A stretch of DNA of 64,000 nt from Candidatus Gastranaerophilales bacterium (GTDB lineage Bacteria; Cyanobacteriota; Vampirovibrionia; Gastranaerophilales; JAILCC01). Both the position numbers and the translations under genes were made by a program. The notes beneath the pieces are model-generated. The model did no database searches. It was not told the origin of the DNA and was given only the letters and a program-made list of their open reading frames with translations. The DNA is taken from NCBI GenBank assembly GCA_045598245.1, contig JAZLLQ010000011.1:38687-102686 (forward strand), given 5' to 3'. Positions 1 through 12,432 of this stretch are shown in pieces (position 1 is the first letter of the stretch; each line of letters begins with the position of its first letter).

Positions 1-1198
1 TTAATGCATTATAATTAGCTGTTATAGTACCTGCACCGATATTCACATTTTTACCCAAATGAGCATCACCGATATAAGTTAAATGAGCAGCATTTGTGTG
101 TTCTTCAATAACTGATTTTTTAATTTCAACAAAGTTTCCTATTCTCACGTTTTCCTTGATGTCTACACCATCACGCACATGTGCAAATGGTCCTATTTTT
201 ACATTTTCAGCAATCGTGGTATTTGATACCACTGACGCAACAATTTTTACATTATCAGCAGTTTCTACATTACCTTTAATGTAAGTATTTGGTCCGATAG
301 TATTATTTTCACCAAGGAAATTTTCACCTTCAATATAACAGTTAGGATAAACCATAGACTGACTTCCTATTTCAGTTTCAGGAGAAATCCATGTCATCAT
401 CGGATCAACAATAGTAACACCATCATTCATTAATTCTTCAAGTTTGCGGTTTTTTAAGATAATAGCTGCCCTTGCAAGTTGTTTTTGGGAATTAATACCG
501 TAAACTTCCTGATTATCTTCAAGAACATATGCATTTGTCTTAAATCCCTTTTTAACTGACCAGTCAATAATATCTGTTAAATAAAATTCACCCTGTTGAT
601 TATCCGGAGTAATTTCTTTGAATGCAGGAGCAATCTGTTGCCAATCGAAACAATAAATACCTGCATTAATTTCTTTAATTGCTTTTTGAGAAAGAGTTGC
701 ATCTTTTTCTTCAACAATTTTCATTATTGCATCATTTTCATCACGAACAATTCTGCCGTAATTTAGAGGATTAGCCATAATTGAAGTCATTACGGTTAAA
801 ACTGCACCGGATGTTCTGTGAGAATTAATAAATTTTTCTAAAGTTTCCGTTCTTAATAATGGGGTATCACCGCACAAAACAATAACACTGCCATTAAAAT
901 CTTTTAATTTATCCCAACATTTGTAAACTGCATCACCTGTACCTAATTGAGGTTCCTGCAAAACCGTTTCAACATTTTTGGCAGGGTACTTCTTTTCAAC
1001 AAGGTCACTCACCATATCCGCACGATGTCCGACAATTACATAGTTTTTACTTATATCTTCAACTTTTATAACTGTGCTTATAACTCTTTCAAGCAAAGTT
1101 TTTCCCATGATACTGTGCAATACTTTGGGAATTTCCGATTTCATTCTTGTACCTTTGCCGGCAGCGAGAATAATTGAACGAATTTCCGATGTTGGCAT
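1..1198 (-). CDS. glmU: Bifunctional UDP-GlcNAc pyrophosphorylase/glucosamine-1-P acetyltransferase (runs off window start)
   Basis: Not in ORF track. Reverse strand from ATG at 1198 reads MPTSEIRSIILAAGKGTRMKSEIPKVLH..QLGTGDAV..GDTPLL..EINAGIY..NQQGEFYLTD, followed by hexapeptide repeats (IGPFAHVR, IGNFVEIK, AHLTYIGDA). Confidence 0.96.
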   Translation of the reverse strand, partial: MPTSEIRSIILAAGKGTRMKSEIPKVLHSIMGKTLLERVISTVIKVEDISKNYVIVGHRADMVSDLVEKKYPAKNVETVLQEPQLGTGDAVYKCWDKLKDFNGSVIVLCGDTPLLRTETLEKFINSHRTSGAVLTVMTSIMANPLNYGRIVRDENDAIMKIVEEKDATLSQKAIKEINAGIYCFDWQQIAPAFKEITPDNQQGEFYLTDIIDWSVKKGFKTNAYVLEDNQEVYGINSQKQLARAAIILKNRKLEELMNDGVTIVDPMMTWISPETEIGSQSMVYPNCYIEGENFLGENNTIGPNTYIKGNVETADNVKIVASVVSNTTIAENVKIGPFAHVRDGVDIKENVRIGNFVEIKKSVIEEHTNAAHLTYIGDAHLGKNVNIGAGTITANYNAL

Positions 1199-1294
1199 AT
1201 TTTTAATTCCTCTAACTTAAAACTCAACAATATTTTCGCACAAATTTCCAAAAAAATATAGTCCTATTTTCGGTCTATTTTTAAAAATTTACAT

Positions 1295-1951
1295 CTAGCT
1301 TTGACCGTTCCACTCTGAGTAAAATTTTTCCAAAAAATTTTCCATATACTTTTGTCGGTTAAGTGCAATTTGTTTTGCACTTTCCGTATTCATTCTGTCT
1401 GCCAAAAGCAAAAGTTTTTCGTAAAAGTGATTTACGGATGTTCCTTTCTGATTTTTGTACTCTTCAAATGAATTATGCAATTGAGGTTTAATTTCAGGAT
1501 TATATATTTCCTGATTTGCATAAGCACCATAGGCAAAAGTTCTTGCTATGCCTATGGCTCCAAGTGCATCCAGTCTGTCTGCATCCTGAACGATTTTCCC
1601 TTCCAATGTTTTCATCGGTGTTTTTACACCGGCACCTTTGAATGAGATTGTAGAAATTATTTCACAAACTGCGTTAATAATATTTTCATTAATATCAAGT
1701 CCTTTTAAAAAATCAGCTGCTATATTCACACCTGCATTATCGTTACCGCCTGAGAACTTCCAATCCGAAATATCGTGTAAAAGTGCACCAAGTTCAACAA
1801 TAAAAGAATCTGCATCCGTTTCACTCTTCATAATTAATTTTGCATTATTCCATACCCGAAAAATATGCCACCAGTCATGACCTGTCGCTTCACCAAGTAA
1901 CTTACTTTTAGCAAAATCCTCAGTTTTACTTATAATTTCAGCTTTATCCAT
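1295..1951 (-). CDS. HD-domain phosphohydrolase (YedJ/YpgQ-like)
   Basis: GHDWWHIFRV, ALLHDISD, VQDADRLDALGAIGIARTF, HFYEKLL; start moved to MDKAEII, which overlaps the upstream stop. Confidence 0.88.
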   Translation of the reverse strand: MDKAEIISKTEDFAKSKLLGEATGHDWWHIFRVWNNAKLIMKSETDADSFIVELGALLHDISDWKFSGGNDNAGVNIAADFLKGLDINENIINAVCEIISTISFKGAGVKTPMKTLEGKIVQDADRLDALGAIGIARTFAYGAYANQEIYNPEIKPQLHNSFEEYKNQKGTSVNHFYEKLLLLADRMNTESAKQIALNRQKYMENFLEKFYSEWNGQS

Positions 1952-2546
1952 TCTTTTTTGACATCCTTTGCTTTTTATAACTGCTCCATTTACAAACAAC
2001 AAAATAGAACACAATTATAAGTATTGTTGCAATTCCTATAATTATTTCAATGTGGTTTTTAATAGCTTCCCCAAATAACATTAATGAAACTGCCACGATA
2101 AAAAACCTTAGTCCTCTTCCGATAATACTTACTATCGTGAAACCTGCAAGATTCATTTTAAATATACCGCTTGCTATTGTGAAAATTTTATACGGTATAG
2201 GCGTGAAAGCTGCTGCCCCAACTGCCCATACTCCATACTGATTATATAATTTTTCAATTTCTTTAATTTTTTTGTATTGTTTTCTAAACATAAAAAACAA
2301 TGCGGGACGCCCGCCAAAACAACCTATGCCATAGCCTAAAATACCACCGATAGCCGAGCCTATTGTTGCTATCGCTGCGTAAAGAAGTGCCTTTTCAGGA
2401 TTTGCGATACACATTGGTATCAATATAAAATCAGGAGGTATAGGGAAAAAACTTGATTCCATAAAAGCGAGTATAAATAAACCTATTTCACCCATACTCA
2501 TAAAATAAGCAGCACTATTTTTAAAAAAAGTTATAATATTATTCAT
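1944..2546 (-). CDS. YqaA/DedA (VTT) family membrane protein
   Basis: FMESSFFPIPPD and FTPIPYKIFTIASG motifs; hydrophobic segments. Confidence 0.88.
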   Translation of the reverse strand: MNNIITFFKNSAAYFMSMGEIGLFILAFMESSFFPIPPDFILIPMCIANPEKALLYAAIATIGSAIGGILGYGIGCFGGRPALFFMFRKQYKKIKEIEKLYNQYGVWAVGAAAFTPIPYKIFTIASGIFKMNLAGFTIVSIIGRGLRFFIVAVSLMLFGEAIKNHIEIIIGIATILIIVFYFVVCKWSSYKKQRMSKKNG

Positions 2547-2551
2547 TCTCT

Positions 2552-4145
<1,594 letters not shown>

Positions 4146-4406
4146 AAGTTCTCTCCTTTTTTCTATGCCATTACAGTTGTACCATAAATTCCGAAAAAGT
4201 GCCATAATGTTTTAAAATTGAAATCTGTTTCTGAACAAAATAATTTGTTTAATTCAGCTTAACATCAACACAATTTATTGTATATTGTAATATTTCTGAT
4301 ACTAAATTAACATTTGCATTTATTAATTTCCGTATTTATGATAGAATTTTTTTAAAGGATAGCAAGGTGCAATTGTTAGCACCAAATAATTTGAAAAGGA
4401 TTAGAT

Positions 4407-5366
4407 ATGGGTAAAAAGTACAATATTGGTGTTGACATCGGCGGAACAAACGTAAAAATCGCATTGGTTGATGAAAAAGGTGTAATTGCATATTCCAACA
4501 GCGTACCCACAAGGGCTGAAATGGGTTATGAATACACAATTCAAAATATTATAACAACTATCAAAGATTCATTAAAAGAATCTAATAACGATATTTCTTG
4601 TATCGGCGGCATCGGTTTTGGTTTACCGGGACAAATAGACTCGATTAACGGTATAGTAAGATTATTACCCAATATCCCCGGATGGGTTGAAGTTCCTCTT
4701 GCCAAAATTGTAAAAGAAGAATTTAATGTTCCGGTAAAATTAGATAATGATGTCAGAGTTGCAACTTTGGGCGAATTGAATTTCGGTGCGGGAAAAGGAT
4801 GTCAAAATCTAATCTGCCTAACCGTTGGTACAGGTGTCGGTTCAGGTATTGTATTGAACGGACAGCTCGTTCGCGGTGCAAGCATGACAGCAGGTGAAAT
4901 AGGTCACGTTATCGTTGAAAAAGATAACGGAGAAATATGTGGCTGCGGTTCAAGAGGATGTTTGGAAGCATACGCATCAGGTCCTTCCGTTGTAAAAATG
5001 GCTAAAGATTATATTGCAGGCGGTAAATCAACGAAATTTAAAGAAATTGCGGCAGGTAATGAAATTACTCCGTTTATGGTTTACGAAGCTGCAAAGCAGG
5101 GTGATGCCGTTGCAAAACAAATATTTACAATTGTCGGTGAATACCTTGGCATAGCGTTGGTCAGTGTTGTTAATCTTCTTAACCCTGAGAAAATTATTGT
5201 CGGCGGTGGTGTCGGACAAGCTGGTGATTTAATTTTAAACCCTGTCAGAGAAGCCATTAAAAAACGCTGTATTCCTACATCCGCAGCAGCAGTTGAGGTT
5301 GTTCCCGCTCAATTAGGCGAAAGTGCAGGTGTAGTTGGTGCAAGCCTTTTGGTTAACCAAAAGTAA
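4407..5366 (+). CDS. ROK-family sugar kinase (glucokinase)
   Basis: IGVDIGGT, NDV, GTGVGSG, GEIGH, CGCGSRGCLE. Confidence 0.9.
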   Translation: MGKKYNIGVDIGGTNVKIALVDEKGVIAYSNSVPTRAEMGYEYTIQNIITTIKDSLKESNNDISCIGGIGFGLPGQIDSINGIVRLLPNIPGWVEVPLAKIVKEEFNVPVKLDNDVRVATLGELNFGAGKGCQNLICLTVGTGVGSGIVLNGQLVRGASMTAGEIGHVIVEKDNGEICGCGSRGCLEAYASGPSVVKMAKDYIAGGKSTKFKEIAAGNEITPFMVYEAAKQGDAVAKQIFTIVGEYLGIALVSVVNLLNPEKIIVGGGVGQAGDLILNPVREAIKKRCIPTSAAAVEVVPAQLGESAGVVGASLLVNQK

Positions 5367-5378
5367 GGATATAGCATA

Positions 5379-6359
5379 ATGCCTGTAAAATTACTCTGCG
5401 GGAATGATGAATATTCCATAAATACAGAACTTGAAAAAATAAGAAAATCTGTCTTAAAGGGTGATTTTGCAACTTTAAATCGAAAAGTTTTATCTGAAAA
5501 TCTTCCAAAACAAATTGATATGATAGAGATTTTAGAGGCAATCGAAACAGTCCCTATGATGTTTGGGAACTCTCTTATTGAAATTAAAGCAACCTCTATT
5601 TTTACAAGAGGAAAAGCTGATAATGAAAAATTATTGGCAAGACTTGTTGATGACTTAAAATCAATTTCAGATACCATTTTTGTAGTTTTTGTTTGTATTT
5701 TTCCGAAAGATTCCGACAAAAAAGTCGATAGTGCAAAAAAACTTGTCAAAACAGTAAAAGAAGTCGGAGAAGTAAAAGAATTTAATTGTTTTAAATTCTA
5801 CGAAACCGATAAGTATATCGATTGGATTATGAAACAGGCAAAAGCCAAAAAACTTACTCTTTCTTCTCAAAATGCTAACCTTCTTTATTCTTATGTCGGA
5901 AATGATTTAAGAACTTTAGATAGTGAACTTGAAAAAATAAAAACTTATATTTTACCTTCTAATGAAGTAAAAAAAGAAGATATAATAAATCTTTCTCAAG
6001 ATAACGAAGATGCATTTAAAGTCCTTGATTTGTGGTTAAAAAATGATAAATATTCAACGATAGAGGAACTGGGTAAATTAATGCAAAAAGATGCACCTCA
6101 AAAAATTATTGCATTATTTCAAACTACCGCGAAACGTTGGCTTAGAATAAAATTAGAGGCTGAGTTTTCCGGAGCTGATGAAATTGCAAAAATTATCGGG
6201 CAACATCCTTTTTTTGTAAAAAATGAAATTGCTAAATTGAGAAATACAACTAAAGAACAACTTTTGAATTTAAGAAAAAATTTGAATAAAGCCGAATATC
6301 GGATGAAGTCAGGCGAGCTTACGGACAAAACGGCTTTGGAAATGGCTTTGGTGCTTTGA
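5379..6359 (+). CDS. holA: DNA polymerase III delta subunit
   Basis: LLCGNDEY start, VGNDLRTLDSELEKI, HPFFV, C-terminal KSG..LE; adjacent to holB. Confidence 0.85.
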   Translation: MPVKLLCGNDEYSINTELEKIRKSVLKGDFATLNRKVLSENLPKQIDMIEILEAIETVPMMFGNSLIEIKATSIFTRGKADNEKLLARLVDDLKSISDTIFVVFVCIFPKDSDKKVDSAKKLVKTVKEVGEVKEFNCFKFYETDKYIDWIMKQAKAKKLTLSSQNANLLYSYVGNDLRTLDSELEKIKTYILPSNEVKKEDIINLSQDNEDAFKVLDLWLKNDKYSTIEELGKLMQKDAPQKIIALFQTTAKRWLRIKLEAEFSGADEIAKIIGQHPFFVKNEIAKLRNTTKEQLLNLRKNLNKAEYRMKSGELTDKTALEMALVL

Positions 6360-7306
6360 TGGATAAGATTTTAGAAGATAACTTTAAATTTACATCAGAT
6401 TTTTTCAAAAGTGCAATAGAAAAAAATAAACTTTTTCACGCATACCTTTTGACAGGCAATAATAATGTCGTCAAATATGCATTCGCATTAAATATTGCAA
6501 GAGTTTTAAATTGTATCGGCGACAAAACAGAAAATTGTCAATGTCTGAATTGCAAATGGATTAGGGCAAATTCACACCCTGCAGTTATGACATTTTCTCC
6601 GATAGATTTTGTTCACGTAAATACAAGAAGCGAAGCAAAGACCGTTATAACTGTTGAGCAGGCAAGATACATAAAGGACGAACTTTCTAAAACATCAACT
6701 TATCACAGAGTGATTATCATTACGAATGCAATTGAGGGGAAGGAAGCTGAAAGTGAATATGAAGAACTTAAAAAATACAATATTAAAGCTCCGATTGAAG
6801 CAGGCAAAACTGATGATGTTGAAAGAATTTGGACTCCAAAATCATTAAAACCAAACATTTTTACGAGCGAAACAGCTAATGCACTTTTAAAAACAATTGA
6901 AGAACCGTTTGAAAATGTAACATTTTTCTTTTTTGCAAATTCTCCGGATGATTTGATTTCAACAATTGTTTCTCGTTGCCAAACTGTAAATATACCGTCA
7001 TCGCTTATTCAAAATAATGATTTCTCAATTATCGAAAAGATTATAAACAACTATCCGCCAAAAGATAATTTAACTTCAATTTTGTTGGCAGAACATATAA
7101 AAACCATGTCTAAAGAAAATGATATGTCTGTTTTGGAAATTTTACTTTTGCTCAAAAAATTTTATGAGCAAAATATTCAAAATTATCTCGAAAACAAACA
7201 AAAATACAGAGAACTCTTAACATTTCTTAACAAAATGGAAACGGCTGAACGTCAACTGTTACGCTACGTTAACCCTGACTCGGTTTTAGAAAATCTGTTT
7301 TTTTAG
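6359..7306 (+). CDS. holB: DNA polymerase III delta' subunit
   Basis: HAYLLTG, C..CxCxxC zinc module, HP, ANALLKTIEEP, TIVSRC; TGATG overlap with holA. Confidence 0.85.
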   Translation: MDKILEDNFKFTSDFFKSAIEKNKLFHAYLLTGNNNVVKYAFALNIARVLNCIGDKTENCQCLNCKWIRANSHPAVMTFSPIDFVHVNTRSEAKTVITVEQARYIKDELSKTSTYHRVIIITNAIEGKEAESEYEELKKYNIKAPIEAGKTDDVERIWTPKSLKPNIFTSETANALLKTIEEPFENVTFFFFANSPDDLISTIVSRCQTVNIPSSLIQNNDFSIIEKIINNYPPKDNLTSILLAEHIKTMSKENDMSVLEILLLLKKFYEQNIQNYLENKQKYRELLTFLNKMETAERQLLRYVNPDSVLENLFF

Positions 7307-7414
7307 AATAAATTTAAGAATTTTACCGAAAACAGGTTTAAAAAAATCTTGACGTGGTAGAGGAAGCATGGAGACTTTTTTAAAGAAATAGAAGAATTTG
7401 TTTTAGGTAATTAC

Positions 7415-8464
7415 GTGAACACATTTTGTATTAATGATTTAAAGAAAAATAACGAAGATATTGAGGTCAGATATTTAAGTGAATATGCCTGTAAAAGTGC
7501 AAATTCTCAAGGCAGATTTTTCCCTGAAGAAGAGTGTATTTTAAGAACCGTATTTCAGCGTGACAGAGATAAAATACTTCATTCAAAAGCATTCAGACGA
7601 CTAAAACACAAAACTCAAGTCTTTGTTTCACCGATAGGCGACCATTACAGGACACGATTAACTCACACTCTTGAAGTTTCTCAAATAGCAAGAACTATTT
7701 CAAGAGCTTTAAGGCTAAACGAAGATTTGACTGAAGCTATCGCACTCGGGCATGATTTAGGACATACACCCTTTGGGCATTCGGGCGAAGATGTATTAAA
7801 TGAGCTTATGCCAAACGGTTTTGCACATAATATACAAAGTGTCAGAGTTGTAACCTTAATTGAAAATCTAAATCTTACAAAAGAAACATTAGACGGAATT
7901 GAGCATCATACAGGCAATGTATTACCTTTCACCCTTGAAGGACAAGTCGTAAGAATTTCAGACCGAATTGCTTACTTAAATCACGATATTGATGATGCGA
8001 TAAGAGCAGATGTAATAAGTCTTTCCGACTTACCTATACAGTGTTTGGATTATTTTGGACACAAAAAAAGCCAAAGTATAACAAAAATGGTGTTTGATAT
8101 TATAGAAAACAGCTATGAAAAAGATAAAATTTCCATGTCTTGTGAATGTACTGAGAATATGGATATTTTACGTTCTTGGCTTTTTGAAAACGTATACGAA
8201 ACAAAAAAAGAAGAAGTAAAAGCTAAAAAAATTGTAAAAGAACTTTTTGAATATTACGTAAATTTAATTCACAGTTTGTACGACTGTGATGATGAAAACT
8301 TAATAAAACAAATTGCCGGTGATTATCTGGCAGGTATGACAGACAGATACGCAATGAAAAAATATAAACAATTTTTCATGCCTGCTAATCATATTGAAGA
8401 AGAAGCTGACAGCTTCCTATACAAACTGGCAAAACAAAATAACCTGAAAGAAAAAATAAACTAA
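7415..8464 (+). CDS. dgt: dGTP triphosphohydrolase
   Basis: FQRDRDKILHSKAFRRLKHKTQV, RTRLTHTLEV, HDLGHTPFGH, DYLAGMTD. Confidence 0.93.
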   Translation: MNTFCINDLKKNNEDIEVRYLSEYACKSANSQGRFFPEEECILRTVFQRDRDKILHSKAFRRLKHKTQVFVSPIGDHYRTRLTHTLEVSQIARTISRALRLNEDLTEAIALGHDLGHTPFGHSGEDVLNELMPNGFAHNIQSVRVVTLIENLNLTKETLDGIEHHTGNVLPFTLEGQVVRISDRIAYLNHDIDDAIRADVISLSDLPIQCLDYFGHKKSQSITKMVFDIIENSYEKDKISMSCECTENMDILRSWLFENVYETKKEEVKAKKIVKELFEYYVNLIHSLYDCDDENLIKQIAGDYLAGMTDRYAMKKYKQFFMPANHIEEEADSFLYKLAKQNNLKEKIN

Positions 8465-10356
8465 TGACACAAGATAATAACAATATAATAGAACAAATTA
8501 AAGACAGAATTGATATTATAGACATAATATCAGAGCATGTTGCGCTCAAAAAAAACGGTCGCAACTACCTTGGTTTGTGTCCTTTTCACAAAGAAAAAAC
8601 TCCTTCTTTCAGCGTTAATGCGGAAAAAGGCATTTTTAAATGTTTTGGGTGCGGTGCAAGCGGTGATGCAATAAGTTTCCTTATGCAGCTTAATCATCAG
8701 ACATTTTTGGAGGTTATGGAAGATTTGGCCTACAAATACGGAATCGAATGGAAAGTTCAGGGGCAAGGCAATTCAGGTGAAATTACAGAACAAAAAAAAC
8801 TGATTATTAAAGCAAATTCACTAACGGCAAAATTTTTCAGCGATTATCTTCAAACAAAAACGGATGCTAAAGATTACCTTGAACAAAGAGGTTGCACCCC
8901 TGACATTATTTCACGCTTTGGCTTAGGATTTGCGCCCGATAAAAATGATGCCTTATATGACTACTTAACTAAACAGGGTTTCAAAGCAGATTTTCTTGAA
9001 AAAGCAGGTTTGATTTCAGTAAAAACTGACGGAAAAGGTTATTATGATAAATTCAGAAACAGAATTATTGTTCCGGTATACAATGAAAAAGGCGATGTGG
9101 TAGCTTTTGGGGCAAGAATATTTAAGTCAGATAACGGACCAAAGTACATTAATTCGCAAGAAACATTGGTTTATAACAAAAGTAAAACCCTGTATGGCTT
9201 ATATCAGGCAAAAGATTACATACGTGAAAATGATGCAGTTATCATTATGGAAGGGTATTTTGACGTAATAACCGCTCACGTTCATGGTGTAAATAATGCC
9301 GTTGCTTCTTGCGGTACTTCTTTGACAGAACAGCACGTAAAAATATTAAACAGATATATGAATCATAAGAGAATATTTCTTGCTTACGATGCAGATGAAG
9401 CCGGTCAAAAAGCGACTAAACGTAATGCTGAGCTTATCAAGAGCGAATTTGAACCGCTGGGTGATATTAAACAATTTGATACCAGTTTTGCAAAAGCAAA
9501 TTTGAAAGACGAATTTGCCTGTGAAATACGAGTTGTAACAACAGGTTCAGGAAAAGATCCGGATGAATATATTAAAGAAAACGGTGCTGAAGCATATAAA
9601 CAATGTATTAATAATGCTCCTCTTTTGATAGACTATCAACTTGGCAATATATTAAAAAATGCCAAAAAAGAAATTTCTGCACAAGAAAAATCAGCACTTA
9701 CAAAAGAATTGGTACCGATTTTATCACAAGTTAATAATCGTATTATTTTCGATGAATATGTAAAACAAATTTCTTTAAAATTAGGCATTGATAAAAATAC
9801 ACTTACTCAACAAATTAATGTTTTAAAAACCGGCAAAGTACGTGCAGCAGAAGGCAAAACACCAATTGTAACAATTTCTTCAAATAAAATTAAAATCTAT
9901 CAAAAAAATTTATTGAGCCTGTATTTTATAAGTGGAGAAAAGTTACCTTTCTCATGGCTAAATGAAAAAATAAAAAAGGAACAATTCTCTGAGGCAAATT
10001 TAATTTCTATTAAATCAACCATAGATGAACTAACTAAGGAAACTGATAATGTCGAAGAACTAATAGACAAATTAATGACATATTTTTCTCATAATGTCGA
10101 AATCAAAAACGATTTGGCTGATATTATTTATTCGATAGACGATAAGGTTGAATTGCTAAATGAAGGTTTGATTGAAGAATACATTGAGGAAAATATTTGC
10201 AATATTAACAAAACAACCAAGAAAAACAAAACCAAAAAACTTTTACAGGAAGTACAGGAATTGGATGATGATGACCAAAGGGCATCAGAACTTCAAAAAG
10301 AATTACTGGAACAATTGAAATTAAAGAGACAATTAGAATATAGCAGATTGGAGTAA
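8464..10356 (+). CDS. dnaG: DNA primase
   Basis: CPFH..CFGC zinc finger, FRNRI, PKYINS, EGYFDV, DxDxAG, KDPDE. Confidence 0.97.
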   Translation: MTQDNNNIIEQIKDRIDIIDIISEHVALKKNGRNYLGLCPFHKEKTPSFSVNAEKGIFKCFGCGASGDAISFLMQLNHQTFLEVMEDLAYKYGIEWKVQGQGNSGEITEQKKLIIKANSLTAKFFSDYLQTKTDAKDYLEQRGCTPDIISRFGLGFAPDKNDALYDYLTKQGFKADFLEKAGLISVKTDGKGYYDKFRNRIIVPVYNEKGDVVAFGARIFKSDNGPKYINSQETLVYNKSKTLYGLYQAKDYIRENDAVIIMEGYFDVITAHVHGVNNAVASCGTSLTEQHVKILNRYMNHKRIFLAYDADEAGQKATKRNAELIKSEFEPLGDIKQFDTSFAKANLKDEFACEIRVVTTGSGKDPDEYIKENGAEAYKQCINNAPLLIDYQLGNILKNAKKEISAQEKSALTKELVPILSQVNNRIIFDEYVKQISLKLGIDKNTLTQQINVLKTGKVRAAEGKTPIVTISSNKIKIYQKNLLSLYFISGEKLPFSWLNEKIKKEQFSEANLISIKSTIDELTKETDNVEELIDKLMTYFSHNVEIKNDLADIIYSIDDKVELLNEGLIEEYIEENICNINKTTKKNKTKKLLQEVQELDDDDQRASELQKELLEQLKLKRQLEYSRLE

Positions 10357-10359
10357 CAA

Positions 10360-11439
10360 ATGGCTAAAAGAAAAAATAACGGGACAGATCTAACAGATAC
10401 GGATGATTTTGTAATGGCCGGCGACAACATGGATGATATATTAGGTTCGGATGAAGAAGAAATTTCTAACATCTATAACCGCAGTGCAGCAGTAGGAATG
10501 GTAGAACCGGATAAAATGTTTGAAAAGGACATGGGTTCTTCTGATATGGATGACGAAGAAGAACTTGATGAAAATGCATTGAGCGTCCCTAAAGGTATTG
10601 CACTTGATGACCCCGTCAGAATGTATCTTCGTGAAATCGGAAGAATAAAATTATTAAACAGCGAACAAGAAGTTGAACTTGCCAAAAAAATTATCAACGG
10701 CGGCAAGGTAGGTGAAATTGCCAAGAAAAAACTTGTTCAGGCTAATTTAAGATTGGTAGTAAGTATCGCTAAAAAATACGTAGGTCGTGGCATGCTGTTC
10801 TTAGACCTTATTCAGGAAGGTAACTTAGGTTTAATCAGGGCAGCAGAAAAGTTTGATTATGAAAGAGGATATAAATTCTCTACTTATGCAACTTGGTGGA
10901 TTAGACAAGCAATAACAAGAGCTATTGCTGATCAGGCAAGAACTATTCGTATACCTGTTCACATGGTTGAAACTATTAATAAACTTAAAAAAGTTACAAG
11001 AAAACTTGCTCAAGATTTGAGCAGAAAGCCATCAGAAGAAGAATTATCGGAAGCAATGGGTATAACAATTAACAAACTTCGTGAAATTATTAAAGTTGCA
11101 CAAGAACCTTTAAGTTTGGAAATTCCTATCGGTAAAGAAGAAGATTCTCGCTTGGGTGATTTTATCGAAGATAAAGATGCCGATGCTCCCGTAATGACAG
11201 TTGCTCACGAACTTTTAAGAGAAGATTTGCATGAAGTTCTCGGAACTTTATCTCCTCGAGAAAGAGATGTTTTAAGATTGCGATTCGGTATGGATGACGG
11301 CAGACAAAGAACACTGGAAGAAGTTGGTCAATTGTTTGGAGTAACAAGAGAAAGAATCAGACAAATTGAAGCAAAAGCATTGAGAAAACTTCGTCATCCG
11401 AACAGAAGCAAAAGACTAAAAGAATATATTGAAGTTTAA
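10360..11439 (+). CDS. rpoD: Primary RNA polymerase sigma-70 factor
   Basis: [54 protein letters not shown]; follows dnaG. Confidence 0.97.
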   Translation: MAKRKNNGTDLTDTDDFVMAGDNMDDILGSDEEEISNIYNRSAAVGMVEPDKMFEKDMGSSDMDDEEELDENALSVPKGIALDDPVRMYLREIGRIKLLNSEQEVELAKKIINGGKVGEIAKKKLVQANLRLVVSIAKKYVGRGMLFLDLIQEGNLGLIRAAEKFDYERGYKFSTYATWWIRQAITRAIADQARTIRIPVHMVETINKLKKVTRKLAQDLSRKPSEEELSEAMGITINKLREIIKVAQEPLSLEIPIGKEEDSRLGDFIEDKDADAPVMTVAHELLREDLHEVLGTLSPRERDVLRLRFGMDDGRQRTLEEVGQLFGVTRERIRQIEAKALRKLRHPNRSKRLKEYIEV

Positions 11440-11466
11440 ATTTAAAATTATAAAATGCAAACAATA

Positions 11467-11498
11467 GCGGATATCAACAATTATGATATCCGTTTTTT
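11467..11498 (+). terminator. Intrinsic terminator after rpoD
   Basis: GCGGATATCA-loop-TGATATCCGT followed by T-tract. Confidence 0.85.
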
Positions 11499-11586
11499 AT
11501 TAAAGATTAAACATTTTTCGCATTTATTTATAAAAAATATCTATATAATTATATGTAGATGACTAGTGTATATTTGAAGGTATTTT

Positions 11587-11796
11587 ATGGAAAACAAAAA
11601 CAATTTTGATAAAAAATATTTTCAGAATAATGCGAAAAAGAAACAAATGGTAATGAAATCCATAAATAACTACCTTTTTCAACTAAAAATACATTTTGAA
11701 ATGTCAGATGAAGAAATATATGGTATACTAAAAAGCATAAAGTTGGATTATAAAAAAACAATATCCTCCAAAAGGTGGTGGCAAATATTCAACTAG
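11587..11796 (+). CDS. Small hypothetical protein ending in KRWWQIF
   Basis: 69-aa ORF with GAAGG SD, co-oriented with the next genes. Confidence 0.6.
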   Translation: MENKNNFDKKYFQNNAKKKQMVMKSINNYLFQLKIHFEMSDEEIYGILKSIKLDYKKTISSKRWWQIFN

Positions 11797-11832
11797 AATA
11801 ATACAATATAGTGGTAAAATTCGGGTAATATT

Positions 11833-12420
11833 ATGAGTGACGAAAATAAAAAAGTTGAATTAGATCAAGAAACATTAAAAAAACTTTTTGCAGCTGCAGG
11901 AATGGATGTTCCTGATAATGTTGACGGAAATCAGATAGCAAATGTAGTTAACAAATTAAAACAAACTCCTGCCTCGCAAAAAACTGAGGATTATACTGCT
12001 GACTCCAACGAAAGCATGGTAAACGAGTACTTAAAAGGCGGAGAAGAACGAAATCGGCCTCGTACCGTTTTAATCATTGACGATCTTGGTGTAATTGTAT
12101 ATCAACTGGAATTATTATTTAAAAAAATGGGTTTTGAAGTAACTACCACTAGCCGAGTTAACGATTGCATCGTTCAATTCAAGAAAAAAGATTTTGGTTA
12201 TGTTGTAATGGACTTATTTCTTCCAACCGAAAAAGAAGGGTTCTTATTATTGGATGAGTTGAAAAAACTTGTACTTTTGTGTAAACTTGATACTAAGATA
12301 GTCGTTATGACGGCTTCTTCTAAAACCGAGTATAAAGTAAACTGTAAAAACAGAGGAGCTGACTGCTATATTGAAAAAACGCAAGGTTGGCAAAATGAGT
12401 TAATTAATTATTGCAAGTAA
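11833..12420 (+). CDS. Response regulator receiver protein with N-terminal extension, no output domain
   Basis: VLIIDD, VVMDLFLP (phosphoacceptor D), VMTA, YIEK. Confidence 0.85.
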   Translation: MSDENKKVELDQETLKKLFAAAGMDVPDNVDGNQIANVVNKLKQTPASQKTEDYTADSNESMVNEYLKGGEERNRPRTVLIIDDLGVIVYQLELLFKKMGFEVTTTSRVNDCIVQFKKKDFGYVVMDLFLPTEKEGFLLLDELKKLVLLCKLDTKIVVMTASSKTEYKVNCKNRGADCYIEKTQGWQNELINYCK

Positions 12421-12432
12421 AAGGATTTTGTA

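Noticed and set aside
96-1177. Plus-strand ORFs 96-284 and 947-1177
   Set aside because: Antisense to glmU
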